Assembly: GCA_934446365.1 (NCBI GenBank)
Contig: CAKSDZ010000002.1
Span: forward strand, 37,751-101,750
Length of the DNA: 64,000 nt
Source: an uncultured Eubacteriales bacterium
GTDB taxonomy: Bacteria; Bacillota; Clostridia; Oscillospirales; CAG-272
Reading direction: 5' to 3'
In this document: positions 9,841 through 19,168 of the stretch, piece by piece
How the letters are laid out: each line of letters opens with the position of its first letter
Position numbering within the stretch: the stretch's first letter is position 1
The notes under the pieces: generated by a model
Told to the model about the DNA's origin: nothing
Database searches by the model: none
What the model saw: the letters and a program-made list of their open reading frames with translations, nothing else
Translations under genes and position numbers: made by a program

Positions 9841-11721
9841 ATGCTCTCCATGCTCCGCAGCTCCTTTTTCATTTATCATCTCACAAGATTTTCGGCTTTC
9901 ATCTACCGCCTGATTCTATCCAGCGTGTTCGGTACCGTCATGACGTCATATGACAGACTGTCGGAGGCTTTCTCTTCCTCTCTGATTGTGACCAAAATCC
10001 GGTCGCTTTCGGGAAACCGAGGCGGCACCTCCATCAAAAAAGCAAAGCAAAGCGTGGCAAAATCGTATGAAAGCAGCTTTCTGCTTTCCAAGCTGCGCCG
10101 GCTGTCCCACAGTCTCCTGCTCACCCACGTCAACACGCTCGGACTGTTTTTCTTTTCTTTCGGCTTTTATATCGTCATCATTCAGCTGCTCAAACAGTAT
10201 ACGTTCAATATCCAAAATCTGAACCCGCTTTCCCTTGTCGCCGGCGTCATCATTATGAGCGTCGCGGTATTCATGTTTTTCTCCAAAAAGAATCTCGCCG
10301 GTGCCATCTACGAAAGCCGAATCCTGCGTTTTCTTCTCTTCGACTTTCTCGGACTGCGCGTCATCGACATCGCCGAAGCCTCCGATGTCGAATCCCGCCG
10401 GGGCTTCAACATCCCGTTCATTCTCGGAATGATTTTCGGCGTCTTGTCGATTTTTATCGAACCTATTTATATCGTCTGCGCGCTTGGACTTCTGCTGATG
10501 GCCGCCGTCGTCATGTCGTCTCCGGAGGCCGGCGTGCTTCTGATCTTCCTCGCGCTTCCTTTTCTGTCGACCATGACGCTCGTCGCCGTTCTGCTGCTGA
10601 TTTTTCTATCCTATATCTTAAAGCTGATCTGCGGACGGCGCATCATCAAATTCACGCTCGTGGATTTTACGGTGGCGGCATTTCTTCTCTTTCTGTTTTT
10701 CGGCGGCGTTTTCACCGTCGACTTTTCGAGCGTTCCGAAAATGCTCGTCTTTGTATGCTTTATGCTCGGCTACTTTGTCGTAAAAAACACGGTGCGTTCC
10801 CCCGTTTTGGTGCGGAAATGTCTCTATTCTCTCGCGGTCTCAAGCGTGCTTGTCTCCCTTTACGGGCTGTATCAGAACTTTTTCGGTACGCCGTCCACGG
10901 TTTGGCAGGATACGGCAATGTTTTCCGAAATCAAGGGACGCGTCGTCTCCACGTTCGCCAATCCGAATGTTCTCGGTGAATATCTAATCCTCATTTTCCC
11001 GATCATTCTCGCCCTGATGATTACGGCAAAGCACATCAACGAACGCTTTGCCCTCCTGCTTGCCGCCGCGGCAAGCTGTGCCTGCCTCGTTTTCACCTGG
11101 TCGAGAGGCGCATGGCTCGGATTTGCCGTTTCGCTCGTTCTCTTTCTCTGCCTTTCGAGCAAGCATTTCTTCACGGCAGGAATCCTTATGATTCCGCTTT
11201 TCACGGCAGCGCTCTTCTTCGGCTCCGGGACATCCATTGTCCGCCGCTTCACCAGCATCGGGGACAGCTCAACCTCCTATCGGCTCGGAATTTGGCGCGG
11301 CGTGCTCCTTATGCTCGCGGACGTATTTTACTTCGGAATCGGAATCGGCGAGGGGGCGTTCGCCGATATCTATCCGTTCTATGCACTAAGCGGAATCGAA
11401 GCCGCCCCTCACAGCCATAATCTATATCTGCAAATCACGGTTGAGGTCGGACTTTTCGCCCTTATCGCTTTTCTTATCTTCGTTTTTACTTTCGCACAGT
11501 GCTTCCTCAGCTTCTGCAAAAATGCCGTTTCCAAAGCCAACAAAACCATATGTCTCGGCATATTCTGCGGAATCGTCGCTTTCCTTATCCAAGGCCTTAC
11601 GGACTACGTGTGGTATAATTACCGCCTGTTCCTGCTCTTCTGGATGATCGCGGGGCTCGGCATCGCGCATATTTTCACGGCAAAAAGCACCGCCGAGGAA
11701 TCCGAACAATTTTATTATTGA
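9841..11721 (+). CDS. O-antigen ligase/polymerase-like (Wzy_C-type) membrane protein
   Basis: Polytopic membrane protein with the FTWSRGAWLGFAVSLVLFL and HSHNLYLQITVEVGL motifs. GAGGAG lies upstream of ATG 9841. Confidence 0.65.
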   Translation: MLSMLRSSFFIYHLTRFSAFIYRLILSSVFGTVMTSYDRLSEAFSSSLIVTKIRSLSGNRGGTSIKKAKQSVAKSYESSFLLSKLRRLSHSLLLTHVNTLGLFFFSFGFYIVIIQLLKQYTFNIQNLNPLSLVAGVIIMSVAVFMFFSKKNLAGAIYESRILRFLLFDFLGLRVIDIAEASDVESRRGFNIPFILGMIFGVLSIFIEPIYIVCALGLLLMAAVVMSSPEAGVLLIFLALPFLSTMTLVAVLLLIFLSYILKLICGRRIIKFTLVDFTVAAFLLFLFFGGVFTVDFSSVPKMLVFVCFMLGYFVVKNTVRSPVLVRKCLYSLAVSSVLVSLYGLYQNFFGTPSTVWQDTAMFSEIKGRVVSTFANPNVLGEYLILIFPIILALMITAKHINERFALLLAAAASCACLVFTWSRGAWLGFAVSLVLFLCLSSKHFFTAGILMIPLFTAALFFGSGTSIVRRFTSIGDSSTSYRLGIWRGVLLMLADVFYFGIGIGEGAFADIYPFYALSGIEAAPHSHNLYLQITVEVGLFALIAFLIFVFTFAQCFLSFCKNAVSKANKTICLGIFCGIVAFLIQGLTDYVWYNYRLFLLFWMIAGLGIAHIFTAKSTAEESEQFYY

Positions 11722-11794
11722 ATCCGAAGCACTCCGGCCGTCTGCGGCGGTCGGACGGCATTCTCAAAATCTCCGCAGGGAAACGAGATAAACT

Positions 11795-12301
11795 ATGACA
11801 AACGACAGACAAAAGACGCGTTTTAATTTCATCGACGTCCTCATTATCCTCATCATTTTGGCTGTGGTCGGCGCCGCAGTCTACCTGATCGTAACCGGAA
11901 ATATGGAATCCCGCAGGGCGGAAAGCGCCAATATTGAGTTCACCGTCCGCATCTCGGCGGTAGACGAAAAATACCTTTCCCTGATTCGGGAAAACGAATC
12001 CGTCAAGGATTCCTCGACCGATAAGGTGATCGGCACCATCCGAAAAATCACAACGGAAAAAACCCGCTATTACGGAGATACCGCGATTCCCTCAGGAAAT
12101 GGCTACACAGTCACAGCGGCGGAATATGACGACAAATACGATGTGTATGTCACGATTTCCGCTTATGCGAAAGCGGACGACCGCGGCATCTATACGATAG
12201 GAAGCTCGCGAATCCTTGTCGGCGCACCTATCAATTTCAAGGTTCCCTCTTTCACCTCCGTATCGTATATCACCGAGTTTTCGACGGAAATCCCCGACTA
12301 A
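11795..12301 (+). CDS. small N-terminally anchored protein, DUF4330-like (tentative)
   Basis: MTNDRQKTRFNFIDVLIILIILAVVGAAVYLIV, followed by a soluble domain. Paralogous to the next gene. Confidence 0.5.
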   Translation: MTNDRQKTRFNFIDVLIILIILAVVGAAVYLIVTGNMESRRAESANIEFTVRISAVDEKYLSLIRENESVKDSSTDKVIGTIRKITTEKTRYYGDTAIPSGNGYTVTAAEYDDKYDVYVTISAYAKADDRGIYTIGSSRILVGAPINFKVPSFTSVSYITEFSTEIPD

Positions 12302-12327
12302 CGGAATTTCCATGAAAGGATAGAATT

Positions 12328-12822
12328 ATGGCAAACAAAACCGACACGAAAAAGTCAGGCGCCCGCTTCAATATATTCGACGTCATCATTATATTCATCG
12401 TTCTCGCGTGTATTGCGGCCATCATCGTAAGGGCGTATTTCACCGCCAACATCAAGGATGACTTCACGACGGCCAAGGTCGAGTTTTCCGTCATCAGCGT
12501 ATCCGAAAATACCGCCGCCTCCCTCCATCCGTCCCGGAAAATTTATTTTTCCTCGAATGGCGATGAAATCGGCACCATCGACGAAGTTACCTATGGTCCC
12601 TCCGAAATATACGCCTTGGATGCGGCAGGGAAACCGGTTTCCGCTTCCCATCCGGATAAAAAGGACGCACACGGCACCGCGACGCTCTACGGCATTTGGA
12701 CGGACGACGGTTTTATGATAAACGGAACCATCCTCGCCCTCGCAGGGAAAACCGTCAACATTTACACACAGGACGTGGAATGCATCATGACGATTGTCGG
12801 CATCACCGCTTCGGAGAGCTGA
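12328..12822 (+). CDS. small N-terminally anchored protein, DUF4330-like paralog (tentative)
   Basis: MANKTDTKKSGARFNIFDVIIIFIVLACIAAIIV. Same architecture as 11795..12301. Confidence 0.5.
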   Translation: MANKTDTKKSGARFNIFDVIIIFIVLACIAAIIVRAYFTANIKDDFTTAKVEFSVISVSENTAASLHPSRKIYFSSNGDEIGTIDEVTYGPSEIYALDAAGKPVSASHPDKKDAHGTATLYGIWTDDGFMINGTILALAGKTVNIYTQDVECIMTIVGITASES

Positions 12823-12868
12823 CCCTAAAAAATCTCGCAGACTTTCGGCACTTTTTTGCAAAAAACTA

Positions 12869-12897
12869 TTGATTTTGTACACCAATATTGATATAAT
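12869..12897 (+). promoter_or_regulatory. sigma-A-type promoter upstream of HPr-like gene
   Basis: TTGATT, 17-nt spacer, TATAAT (12892-12897). The palindrome TTGATATCAA follows at 12899-12908. Confidence 0.5.
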
Positions 12898-12975
12898 AAT
12901 TGATATCAAATCTGTTATTTGCAGTTCATTTCGGTAAAAGCCGCGTGAAAACAACACAAACAGGAGCGAACGAAA

Positions 12976-13233
12976 ATGATTTCCAGAAATATAACGATCA
13001 AAAACAGCGTCGGTCTTTATGCAAGACCCGCGACTTTCTTTATCCAAAAAGCAAATACCTATAAAAGCTCCATATGGATTCAGAAAGATGATCGGCGCGT
13101 CAACGCGAAAAGTCTGCTCGGCGTGCTTTCCATGGCGATCTCCGGCGGTTCTACCGTAACGCTCATCGCCGACGGTCCCGACGAAACGGAAGCACTGAAC
13201 GGATTGGAGCTTCTTGTCAGCACGGAGCTTTGA
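12976..13233 (+). CDS. HPr-family phosphocarrier-like protein (Crh-like; Tyr at the His15 position, Ser46 retained)
   Basis: MISRNITIKNSVGLYARPATFFIQKANTY...VNAKSLLGVLSMAI aligns with the HPr motifs GIHARPAT and KSIMGVMSLG. Codon 15 is TAT (13018-13020). Confidence 0.8.
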   Translation: MISRNITIKNSVGLYARPATFFIQKANTYKSSIWIQKDDRRVNAKSLLGVLSMAISGGSTVTLIADGPDETEALNGLELLVSTEL

Positions 13234-13325
13234 GGTTCCGCCATTCCCCACACATAATCCACGGCAGATAACGGCTTGCAGAATATGCAGATGCGTTTTC
13301 TGTCGTTTTTCATTACGGAGGAATC

Positions 13326-15149
13326 ATGGTAAATTCCGAATACGCGGAAAGACTGCGGGAAAAGGCCGCGGCACTTCCCCTCTCCCCCGGTGTATATATC
13401 ATGCGGGACACCGCAGGCAAGGTCATTTACGTCGGAAAATCCCGTGCGATTAAAAACCGTGTGTCGCAGTATTTTCATGAAAACAGCGGAAACGGACCCA
13501 AAACGGACGCCATGACCTCCCGCATATTCGACTTCGACTACATTCTCTGCGACACCGAAATCGAAGCGCTGACGCTGGAAAACAGCCTGATTAAGCTCTA
13601 CCATCCCAAATACAACATCAAGCTCAAAGACGATAAGGCCTACCCCTATCTGAAAGCGACGGTCGATGAAGAGTATCCCCGTTTTCTGATGACAAGGCGG
13701 CGCGATTCGGATAAGGCAAAATATTTCGGTCCGTATACCAGCACGGCCACGGTTTACGGCATCATTTCCGCCATGCAGAAGACCTTCGGGCTTCCCTCCT
13801 GCCGCCGTCTGTTTCCGCGCGACCGCGGACGGGTGTCAAGCTGCGTATACAAACAGCTCGGCTGTGTCGCGCCGTGCGACCCCGACACCACGCCGGAAGC
13901 CTATCGGGAAGCCTTTTCGGAGGCGGTTTCCTTTCTGTCGGGAAATTATAACGCGGTCATCGCCGCCCTCACCGAAAAAATGAACTTCGCGGCGGAAAAC
14001 CTCGCGTTCGAGGCTGCCGCCGCATACCGCGACCGGATACGCGCCGTCTCCAAGCTCGAGGAAAAGCAAAAGGTCGTCGCAAATCCCGATACGGAACGCG
14101 ATATCGCCGCATGGTATGTGGGCGATCCCGTATCCGCCATCTGCGTTTTCTATATCCGCAGCGGCAAGCTGATTGACTCCGAAATATTCTATTTTTCCGG
14201 AGGGGAGATTCTCGACAGCGCCGCCGTCTCCTCCTTTCTTGCCGAGCTTTACAACAGGCGGGAATATATTCCGCGCGAAATTGATCTTTCCGAGCCGCTT
14301 GCCGAAGAGGATATCGACGCGCTCGCCCCTTGGCTTTCGGAAAGGGCGGGATATCGCGTCACGCTCCGCACTCCGGTGCGGGGAGAAACCAAACGCCTTT
14401 GCGATATGGCAAAGGAAAACGCCGGACAGCGCGCCAAGGAATATGCCCGCATGATGGAAAAGGACGAAAAATCCCTTGTAAGACTCGCCGCGCTTTGCGG
14501 ACTGGAAACCGTGCCGGAACGGATCGAGGCTTTCGACATCTCCAATTTCGGAGACGAAGCGATTACCGCGGGAATGGTCGTTTATGAAAACGGAAAGCCT
14601 AAAAAAAGCGATTACCGCCTTTTCACGATCAAGTCCGTTGCCGGACGTGACGACTACGCCTCCATGCGGGAGGCGGTCGGACGGCGGCTCGCCCATTTAA
14701 ACGACAAAGGAGCCGTGCCGCCCGACCTTCTTCTCATCGACGGCGGCGAAGCGCACCGAAGCGCCGCCGCAGAGGTCGTCGCCGAGGCCGGATTCAATAT
14801 TCCCGTATTCGGCATGGTCAAGGACGACTATCACAAGACGCGCGCACTCGTAGGCGAAGGAGGAGAAATCTCCATCGCGGCAGAGCAGTCCGTCTACACG
14901 CTCATCTATAAAATCCAGGAGGAGGTGCACCGCTTCACCGTCTCCAAAATGAGCGCCGCCAAGCGCAAAACCGAAAAGACCTCCGTTTTGGAGGAGATTG
15001 ACGGTGTCGGAAAGGCTCGCGCAAGGGCGCTGCTCGCGCGTTTCGGCGGACTTTCGGGCGTCAAGGCCGCATCGCCGGAGGAGCTGCGCACCGTGCGCGG
15101 CATCACGCCGGAAATCGCGGAAAATATCCGCCGGTATTTTCAAAAGTAA
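13326..15149 (+). CDS. uvrC: excinuclease ABC subunit C
   Basis: 607 aa. GIY-YIG N-terminus (PGVYIMRDTAGKVIYVGKSRAIKNRVSQYF) and a C-terminal HhH region. Confidence 0.95.
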   Translation: MVNSEYAERLREKAAALPLSPGVYIMRDTAGKVIYVGKSRAIKNRVSQYFHENSGNGPKTDAMTSRIFDFDYILCDTEIEALTLENSLIKLYHPKYNIKLKDDKAYPYLKATVDEEYPRFLMTRRRDSDKAKYFGPYTSTATVYGIISAMQKTFGLPSCRRLFPRDRGRVSSCVYKQLGCVAPCDPDTTPEAYREAFSEAVSFLSGNYNAVIAALTEKMNFAAENLAFEAAAAYRDRIRAVSKLEEKQKVVANPDTERDIAAWYVGDPVSAICVFYIRSGKLIDSEIFYFSGGEILDSAAVSSFLAELYNRREYIPREIDLSEPLAEEDIDALAPWLSERAGYRVTLRTPVRGETKRLCDMAKENAGQRAKEYARMMEKDEKSLVRLAALCGLETVPERIEAFDISNFGDEAITAGMVVYENGKPKKSDYRLFTIKSVAGRDDYASMREAVGRRLAHLNDKGAVPPDLLLIDGGEAHRSAAAEVVAEAGFNIPVFGMVKDDYHKTRALVGEGGEISIAAEQSVYTLIYKIQEEVHRFTVSKMSAAKRKTEKTSVLEEIDGVGKARARALLARFGGLSGVKAASPEELRTVRGITPEIAENIRRYFQK

Positions 15150-15293
15150 CCCGCGTGGTTCCATACGAATAACCGATGACAATCTCATAATAAGGCGAAA
15201 ATTTCGTTTTACGAAAGCTTGCTTACTTTCCAATAATGCCCCACCGCCACGGCATCGATTGCCGAAAAATATATGAAAAAGGACGATATTCCC

Positions 15294-15863
15294 ATGAGAA
15301 TTATTACAGGAAGCGCCAGAGGCGCCACACTTGCCACGCTTGACGGAGAAGCCACCCGTCCCACGCCCGCCAAGGTAAAAGAGGCGGTTTTCAGCTCCAT
15401 ACAGTTCGATATCGAGGGTCGCCGCGTCCTCGATCTCTTCGCCGGCTCCGGTCAAATGGGACTGGAAGCGCTCAGCCGCGGCGCAGAAAAGGCGACCCTT
15501 GTGGACAGCTCCCGCGAAGCGATAGACGTCATCAAAGCCAATGCCCAAAAAATTCATCTCTATCAAAAAACAAACGTCCTCTGCATGGACTGGAAGCAGT
15601 ATATCCGGTTTGCAAAAGGAAAAAACAAATTTGACATTGTCTTTCTCGATCCGCCGTATGGACTTCGCATCCTCCCGCAGGTGACGGCGGAGCTTTATGA
15701 CGCCGGACTTCTTGCGGACGGTGCCATCCTCGTCTGCGAGGACGAACGCCTCGGTCTTGCCGACGACGTCATGGTGGAAACACGCTATCGGAAAATCAAG
15801 GACGCACGGTACGGCCGTGTATCGATCACCTATCTCACCCCGCTTGTGCAGGACGGCGAGTGA
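15294..15863 (+). CDS. rsmD: 16S rRNA (guanine966-N2)-methyltransferase RsmD
   Basis: MRIITGSARGATLATLDGEATRPTPAKVKEAVFSSI...LDLFAGSGQMGLEALSRGA...FLDPPY. Confidence 0.85.
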   Translation: MRIITGSARGATLATLDGEATRPTPAKVKEAVFSSIQFDIEGRRVLDLFAGSGQMGLEALSRGAEKATLVDSSREAIDVIKANAQKIHLYQKTNVLCMDWKQYIRFAKGKNKFDIVFLDPPYGLRILPQVTAELYDAGLLADGAILVCEDERLGLADDVMVETRYRKIKDARYGRVSITYLTPLVQDGE

Positions 15864-15893
15864 ATCTCGCAGCTTCAAGGGAGGAAAACCCGA

Positions 15894-16385
15894 ATGAAAA
15901 GCAAAAAAGCACTGGTCCCCGGAACCTTTGATCCCGTAACCCGGGGACATCTCGCCCTCATTGAGGCGGCTGCCGCGCTCTTTGACGAGGTAACGGTCTG
16001 CATCTTAATCAATCCGGAAAAGCACTGCATGTTCGACGAAGATACGCGCAAGAAAGCACTGAAAGCCGCGGTGATGAGACTTGACAATGTGACAATCGCA
16101 TCCTGCCACGGCATGACCGCGGATTACGCAAAGGAAATCGGCGCCGATGCCATCGTGCGCGGAATACGGGACGAAAAGGACGCGGTCTATGAGCTGGAAA
16201 TGGCGGATTTCAACCTCCGCCGTACCGGCGTAAAAACGGTCTTTTTTCCCGCACCGCCGGAGCTGCGCACGCTTTCCTCCACGCAGGCAAGAGAGCGCCT
16301 CCTGTCGGGAGAAATGCCGGAGACTTGCCTGCCTGCCGGCGTTCCCGAAATCCTGCAAAGCGAAAAAAGGAACGCGGCTGATTGA
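15894..16385 (+). CDS. coaD: phosphopantetheine adenylyltransferase
   Basis: ALVPGTFDPVTRGHLALIE. AGGGAGG lies upstream. Confidence 0.9.
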   Translation: MKSKKALVPGTFDPVTRGHLALIEAAAALFDEVTVCILINPEKHCMFDEDTRKKALKAAVMRLDNVTIASCHGMTADYAKEIGADAIVRGIRDEKDAVYELEMADFNLRRTGVKTVFFPAPPELRTLSSTQARERLLSGEMPETCLPAGVPEILQSEKRNAAD

Positions 16386-16625
16386 GAGACTGAATTTTGA
16401 CGATATCAAAATCACAGCACTTCATGTCAAAATCGAAAATTCCTGTCCATAAGACGAAAAAATGCAGTTTACAAAAGAATTTTATAAAGGCTTTGCGATT
16501 ACAGGAAGCGCACACAAGCATGGCATGCCGGCAATGCCGGCAGAAAATTTGATAAAGGGCGCGGTGGCGGAAGCCGGTCATGATATCTTTCGCTGAAACC
16601 GGAAAAAAATCTGAAATCATAAGAC

Positions 16626-16665
16626 AAATCCCCTCCGACGATTAAAAGGTCGTCGGAGGGGATTT
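16626..16665. terminator. bidirectional hairpin terminator between convergent units
   Basis: ATCCCCTCCGACG...CGTCGGAGGGGAT is a 13-bp stem, with TTTG following on the plus strand and TTTGTCTT on the minus strand. Confidence 0.6.
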
Positions 16666-16666
16666 G

Positions 16667-17191
16667 TCAGCTCGTATAATCGCTGTTATCGGAAAAAATG
16701 TTGTAATTGTTGGCAAGCGTGTTCCACGTCTGTTTATCGACGATTCCCGTCACCGGAAGCCGGTTGAGCTCCTGAAACCGGCGGATCGCATCCGACGTTT
16801 CCTGATCAAAGACTCCGCTCGGCACGATATTTTCAAAATCGTCGTAAACGACCGCCACCGCGGACAAAATAATCTGTATGATATAGACAATATCGCTTTT
16901 TTCTCCGAGATGCGTCTTATAATCCGGATTCGGAAACGGAATGATCGCAATTCCCGGCGTCGTCTTATAGACGGCGTTTCCATATTCCTCCTTGACCTTA
17001 TTCCAAGTCGCAAAATCGACGATTCCGTTGACCGGAAGTCCGTATAAAGCCTGAAATTCTTTTACGGCTGTCTCGGTTTCCGTACCGAAAATGCCATCCG
17101 GTGCGATCACCTTCATATTCTTATTGGTCTGAGCGATTTTTCGCAGCTTCGATTGAAGCTCATAGATTTCATCCTGGCGTGCTGTATTCAT
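16667..17191 (-). CDS. peptidoglycan-binding (PG_binding_1 repeat) protein
   Basis: Two repeats of the DGIFG..T..AV..FQ...GLP.(N/T)GIVD..TW type. Lies immediately downstream of the SleC catalytic gene. Confidence 0.7.
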   Translation of the reverse strand: MNTARQDEIYELQSKLRKIAQTNKNMKVIAPDGIFGTETETAVKEFQALYGLPVNGIVDFATWNKVKEEYGNAVYKTTPGIAIIPFPNPDYKTHLGEKSDIVYIIQIILSAVAVVYDDFENIVPSGVFDQETSDAIRRFQELNRLPVTGIVDKQTWNTLANNYNIFSDNSDYTS

Positions 17192-17192
17192 A

Positions 17193-18602
17193 TTATCCCT
17201 CCCCGTCGCCTATCGAAAGATCATTTCCGGAAAATTGTCCCTCCGCTCTGCCGGAACCCGTCTCCACATCGTTGTAAATATTCGCAAGCGTATCCCATGT
17301 AAGCGGACCGACGATTCCGTTGATCGGGTAGCCGAATACCGCCTGCACGGCATATATGGCATCCCTTGTATTCTCATCATAGATGCCGGTCAGCGGTATC
17401 TCCGGGATTTCTTCATATACGCCTGCCGCCGCATTGATGAAGCTTTGCAGCTGCTCCACCTCCGGACCGGTGGAGCCGAGCTTCAAAAAAGTTCCGGGAA
17501 ACGGCGGAACTTCGGCGCCGGACTGTTCGGGCGATAAGCTCTGTATGATTCCGTAATAAGCGTCGAAAAGCAAATTCCATGTCGCATCGTCGACAACCCC
17601 GGTAGCCGGCAGTCCCGCATAGGTTTGAAACGCGATAACCGAATTTTTCATCTGCTCGTCAAAAACGCCGTTCATGGATACGGATGGCACCTCCGCAATA
17701 AATTCCGCAACCGTATTCAGATAATATTGGACGACGCTGACCTCATATCCCGTATCGCCTTCCGACATCACTCCCTGAAACTGCTGCACGGCCTCGTCAA
17801 ATGTCAAGCCCTCGCTGAAAAGCTCATTGAGCTTCTTGACGGCATTATAGACAAATTGGATCTTATACCAAGTGGCCTTGCCCATGATTCCGTCTACATC
17901 GAGGTCGAATACCCGCTGAAATTCCCTGACGGCATTTTCCGTTTCTACGCCGAAAATGCCGTCCACAGGATCAATTTTCGGTATGGACGGATAGTTCGCG
18001 GAAATCCGATTCAGCCTTGTCTGCATAAAGGCTACGTCGTTGCCCACACTTCCGAGCCGAAGCAGGATTTCCGGCACGGACGGTTCGACCTCGCTCACCG
18101 GCGCATTGTAGACGATATTGATATCATCTCCATAATAGGTACGCAGAATATCATACGGCACATAGCCCAAATTGGCAAGCTCCACAGAGCCCCATTGGGA
18201 AAGCCCCTCGCAGGTCACGGTCGTACCGTTGCAGTACACCGCAAAAAGCGGCTCGATGTTATTTCCCCGCCGAATATAATTGTTAAAAATCTCATCGACA
18301 ATCCTGCTGATATTTTCAAAAATATCCCGACCGTATACAAAGGACTGATCCATCGCAGTCGAATTGGTGATATCGAAATCATACCCGCGGGATGGGTAAT
18401 ATTCGGTATAAATCCTGTTGAGCGCAAAGGAAATCTGTGCTAAAATATTGGCGCGCAGCGCGCTTTCCGGCCATGTCGGATAGATTTCGCTCGACGCCAC
18501 GTTTTTTATGTAATCCGTGAATGGCACCGTCACATTCTGGGCCGGAGCATCCGGCGCGCCGAGGTGAACGGTGATATATTCCGGAATAACCGGATATGGC
18601 AT
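17193..18602 (-). CDS. sleC: spore cortex-lytic enzyme SleC-like, catalytic domain plus about four PG-binding repeats
   Basis: IPEYITVHLGAPDAPAQNVTVPFTDYIKNVASSEIYPTWPESALRANILAQISFALNRIYTEYYPSRGYDFDITNSTAMDQ closely parallels the remembered mature region of clostridial SleC. Confidence 0.8.
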   Translation of the reverse strand: MPYPVIPEYITVHLGAPDAPAQNVTVPFTDYIKNVASSEIYPTWPESALRANILAQISFALNRIYTEYYPSRGYDFDITNSTAMDQSFVYGRDIFENISRIVDEIFNNYIRRGNNIEPLFAVYCNGTTVTCEGLSQWGSVELANLGYVPYDILRTYYGDDINIVYNAPVSEVEPSVPEILLRLGSVGNDVAFMQTRLNRISANYPSIPKIDPVDGIFGVETENAVREFQRVFDLDVDGIMGKATWYKIQFVYNAVKKLNELFSEGLTFDEAVQQFQGVMSEGDTGYEVSVVQYYLNTVAEFIAEVPSVSMNGVFDEQMKNSVIAFQTYAGLPATGVVDDATWNLLFDAYYGIIQSLSPEQSGAEVPPFPGTFLKLGSTGPEVEQLQSFINAAAGVYEEIPEIPLTGIYDENTRDAIYAVQAVFGYPINGIVGPLTWDTLANIYNDVETGSGRAEGQFSGNDLSIGDGEG

Positions 18603-18623
18603 AGTTTACACGCTCCTTTTCCT

Positions 18624-19043
18624 TTATAAATTCGGTTTTCTGATATTCTCATTGATAATGAGACTGCCCGACGGGTATCTTGAGGATTCCGAGCTGCTGA
18701 CCGGAATCATCCACGCAGGTTGAATAGAAGTGATTCCCGGATAGATGGGCACATGCGTGTTGACAATTCCATAATAGCCGTCGGCCGAAATCTCAATCGA
18801 AACGTCCGTATACGGCTTTGCGCCGCCGGGAGAGAGGGACTCCGACGGCGCCGGCGTCGGAATTTCAAGCGGCGGGGTTTTTCCGTCCGCGTCGGTATTC
18901 ATAACCGTGAGAAGGCGGCTGGTCCCGTCGTCCAAAACCTCTCGGACGACGACGGTAGCCCCGACGATCGGTATCGCGTTTCTCGCCGAGGTCGTCTGCA
19001 CGATCAGCTTTCCGTAATAATTCGCATTGACTGTGTTATCCAT
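18624..19043 (-). CDS. stand-alone homolog of the SleC N-terminal pre/pro region
   Basis: 139 aa (GKLIVQTTSARNAIPIVGATVVVREV...ISADGYYGIVNTHVPIYPG). It resembles the N-terminal carboxypeptidase-regulatory-like segment of prepro-SleC. It ends TAA and is separated from the sleC ATG by AGGAAAAGGAGCGTGTAAACT. Confidence 0.6.
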   Translation of the reverse strand: MDNTVNANYYGKLIVQTTSARNAIPIVGATVVVREVLDDGTSRLLTVMNTDADGKTPPLEIPTPAPSESLSPGGAKPYTDVSIEISADGYYGIVNTHVPIYPGITSIQPAWMIPVSSSESSRYPSGSLIINENIRKPNL

Positions 19044-19168
19044 AGTTTAAGCTCCATTCCGCCGCAAAGCGGCATCGTTACACAAGCGTGAGCCGCAAGG
19101 CTTCCCGCCGAAGATATCCAAACTAATACAGTATATGACAAAATTTTTTCGCCGTTACTTCATATCCC

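Noticed and set aside
16210-16620. 136-aa Cys-rich minus-strand ORF
   Set aside because: Its 3' part (about 175 nt) is antisense to the 3' end of coaD. It has no RBS and its composition is that of a non-coding frame.
18603-18623. The SleC split as a frameshift, nonsense pseudogene or programmed read-through
   Set aside because: The two ORFs are in the same frame, but the gap carries two in-frame TAA codons and a canonical AGGAAAAGGAG Shine-Dalgarno sequence before the ATG. Two separate cistrons are the simpler reading.
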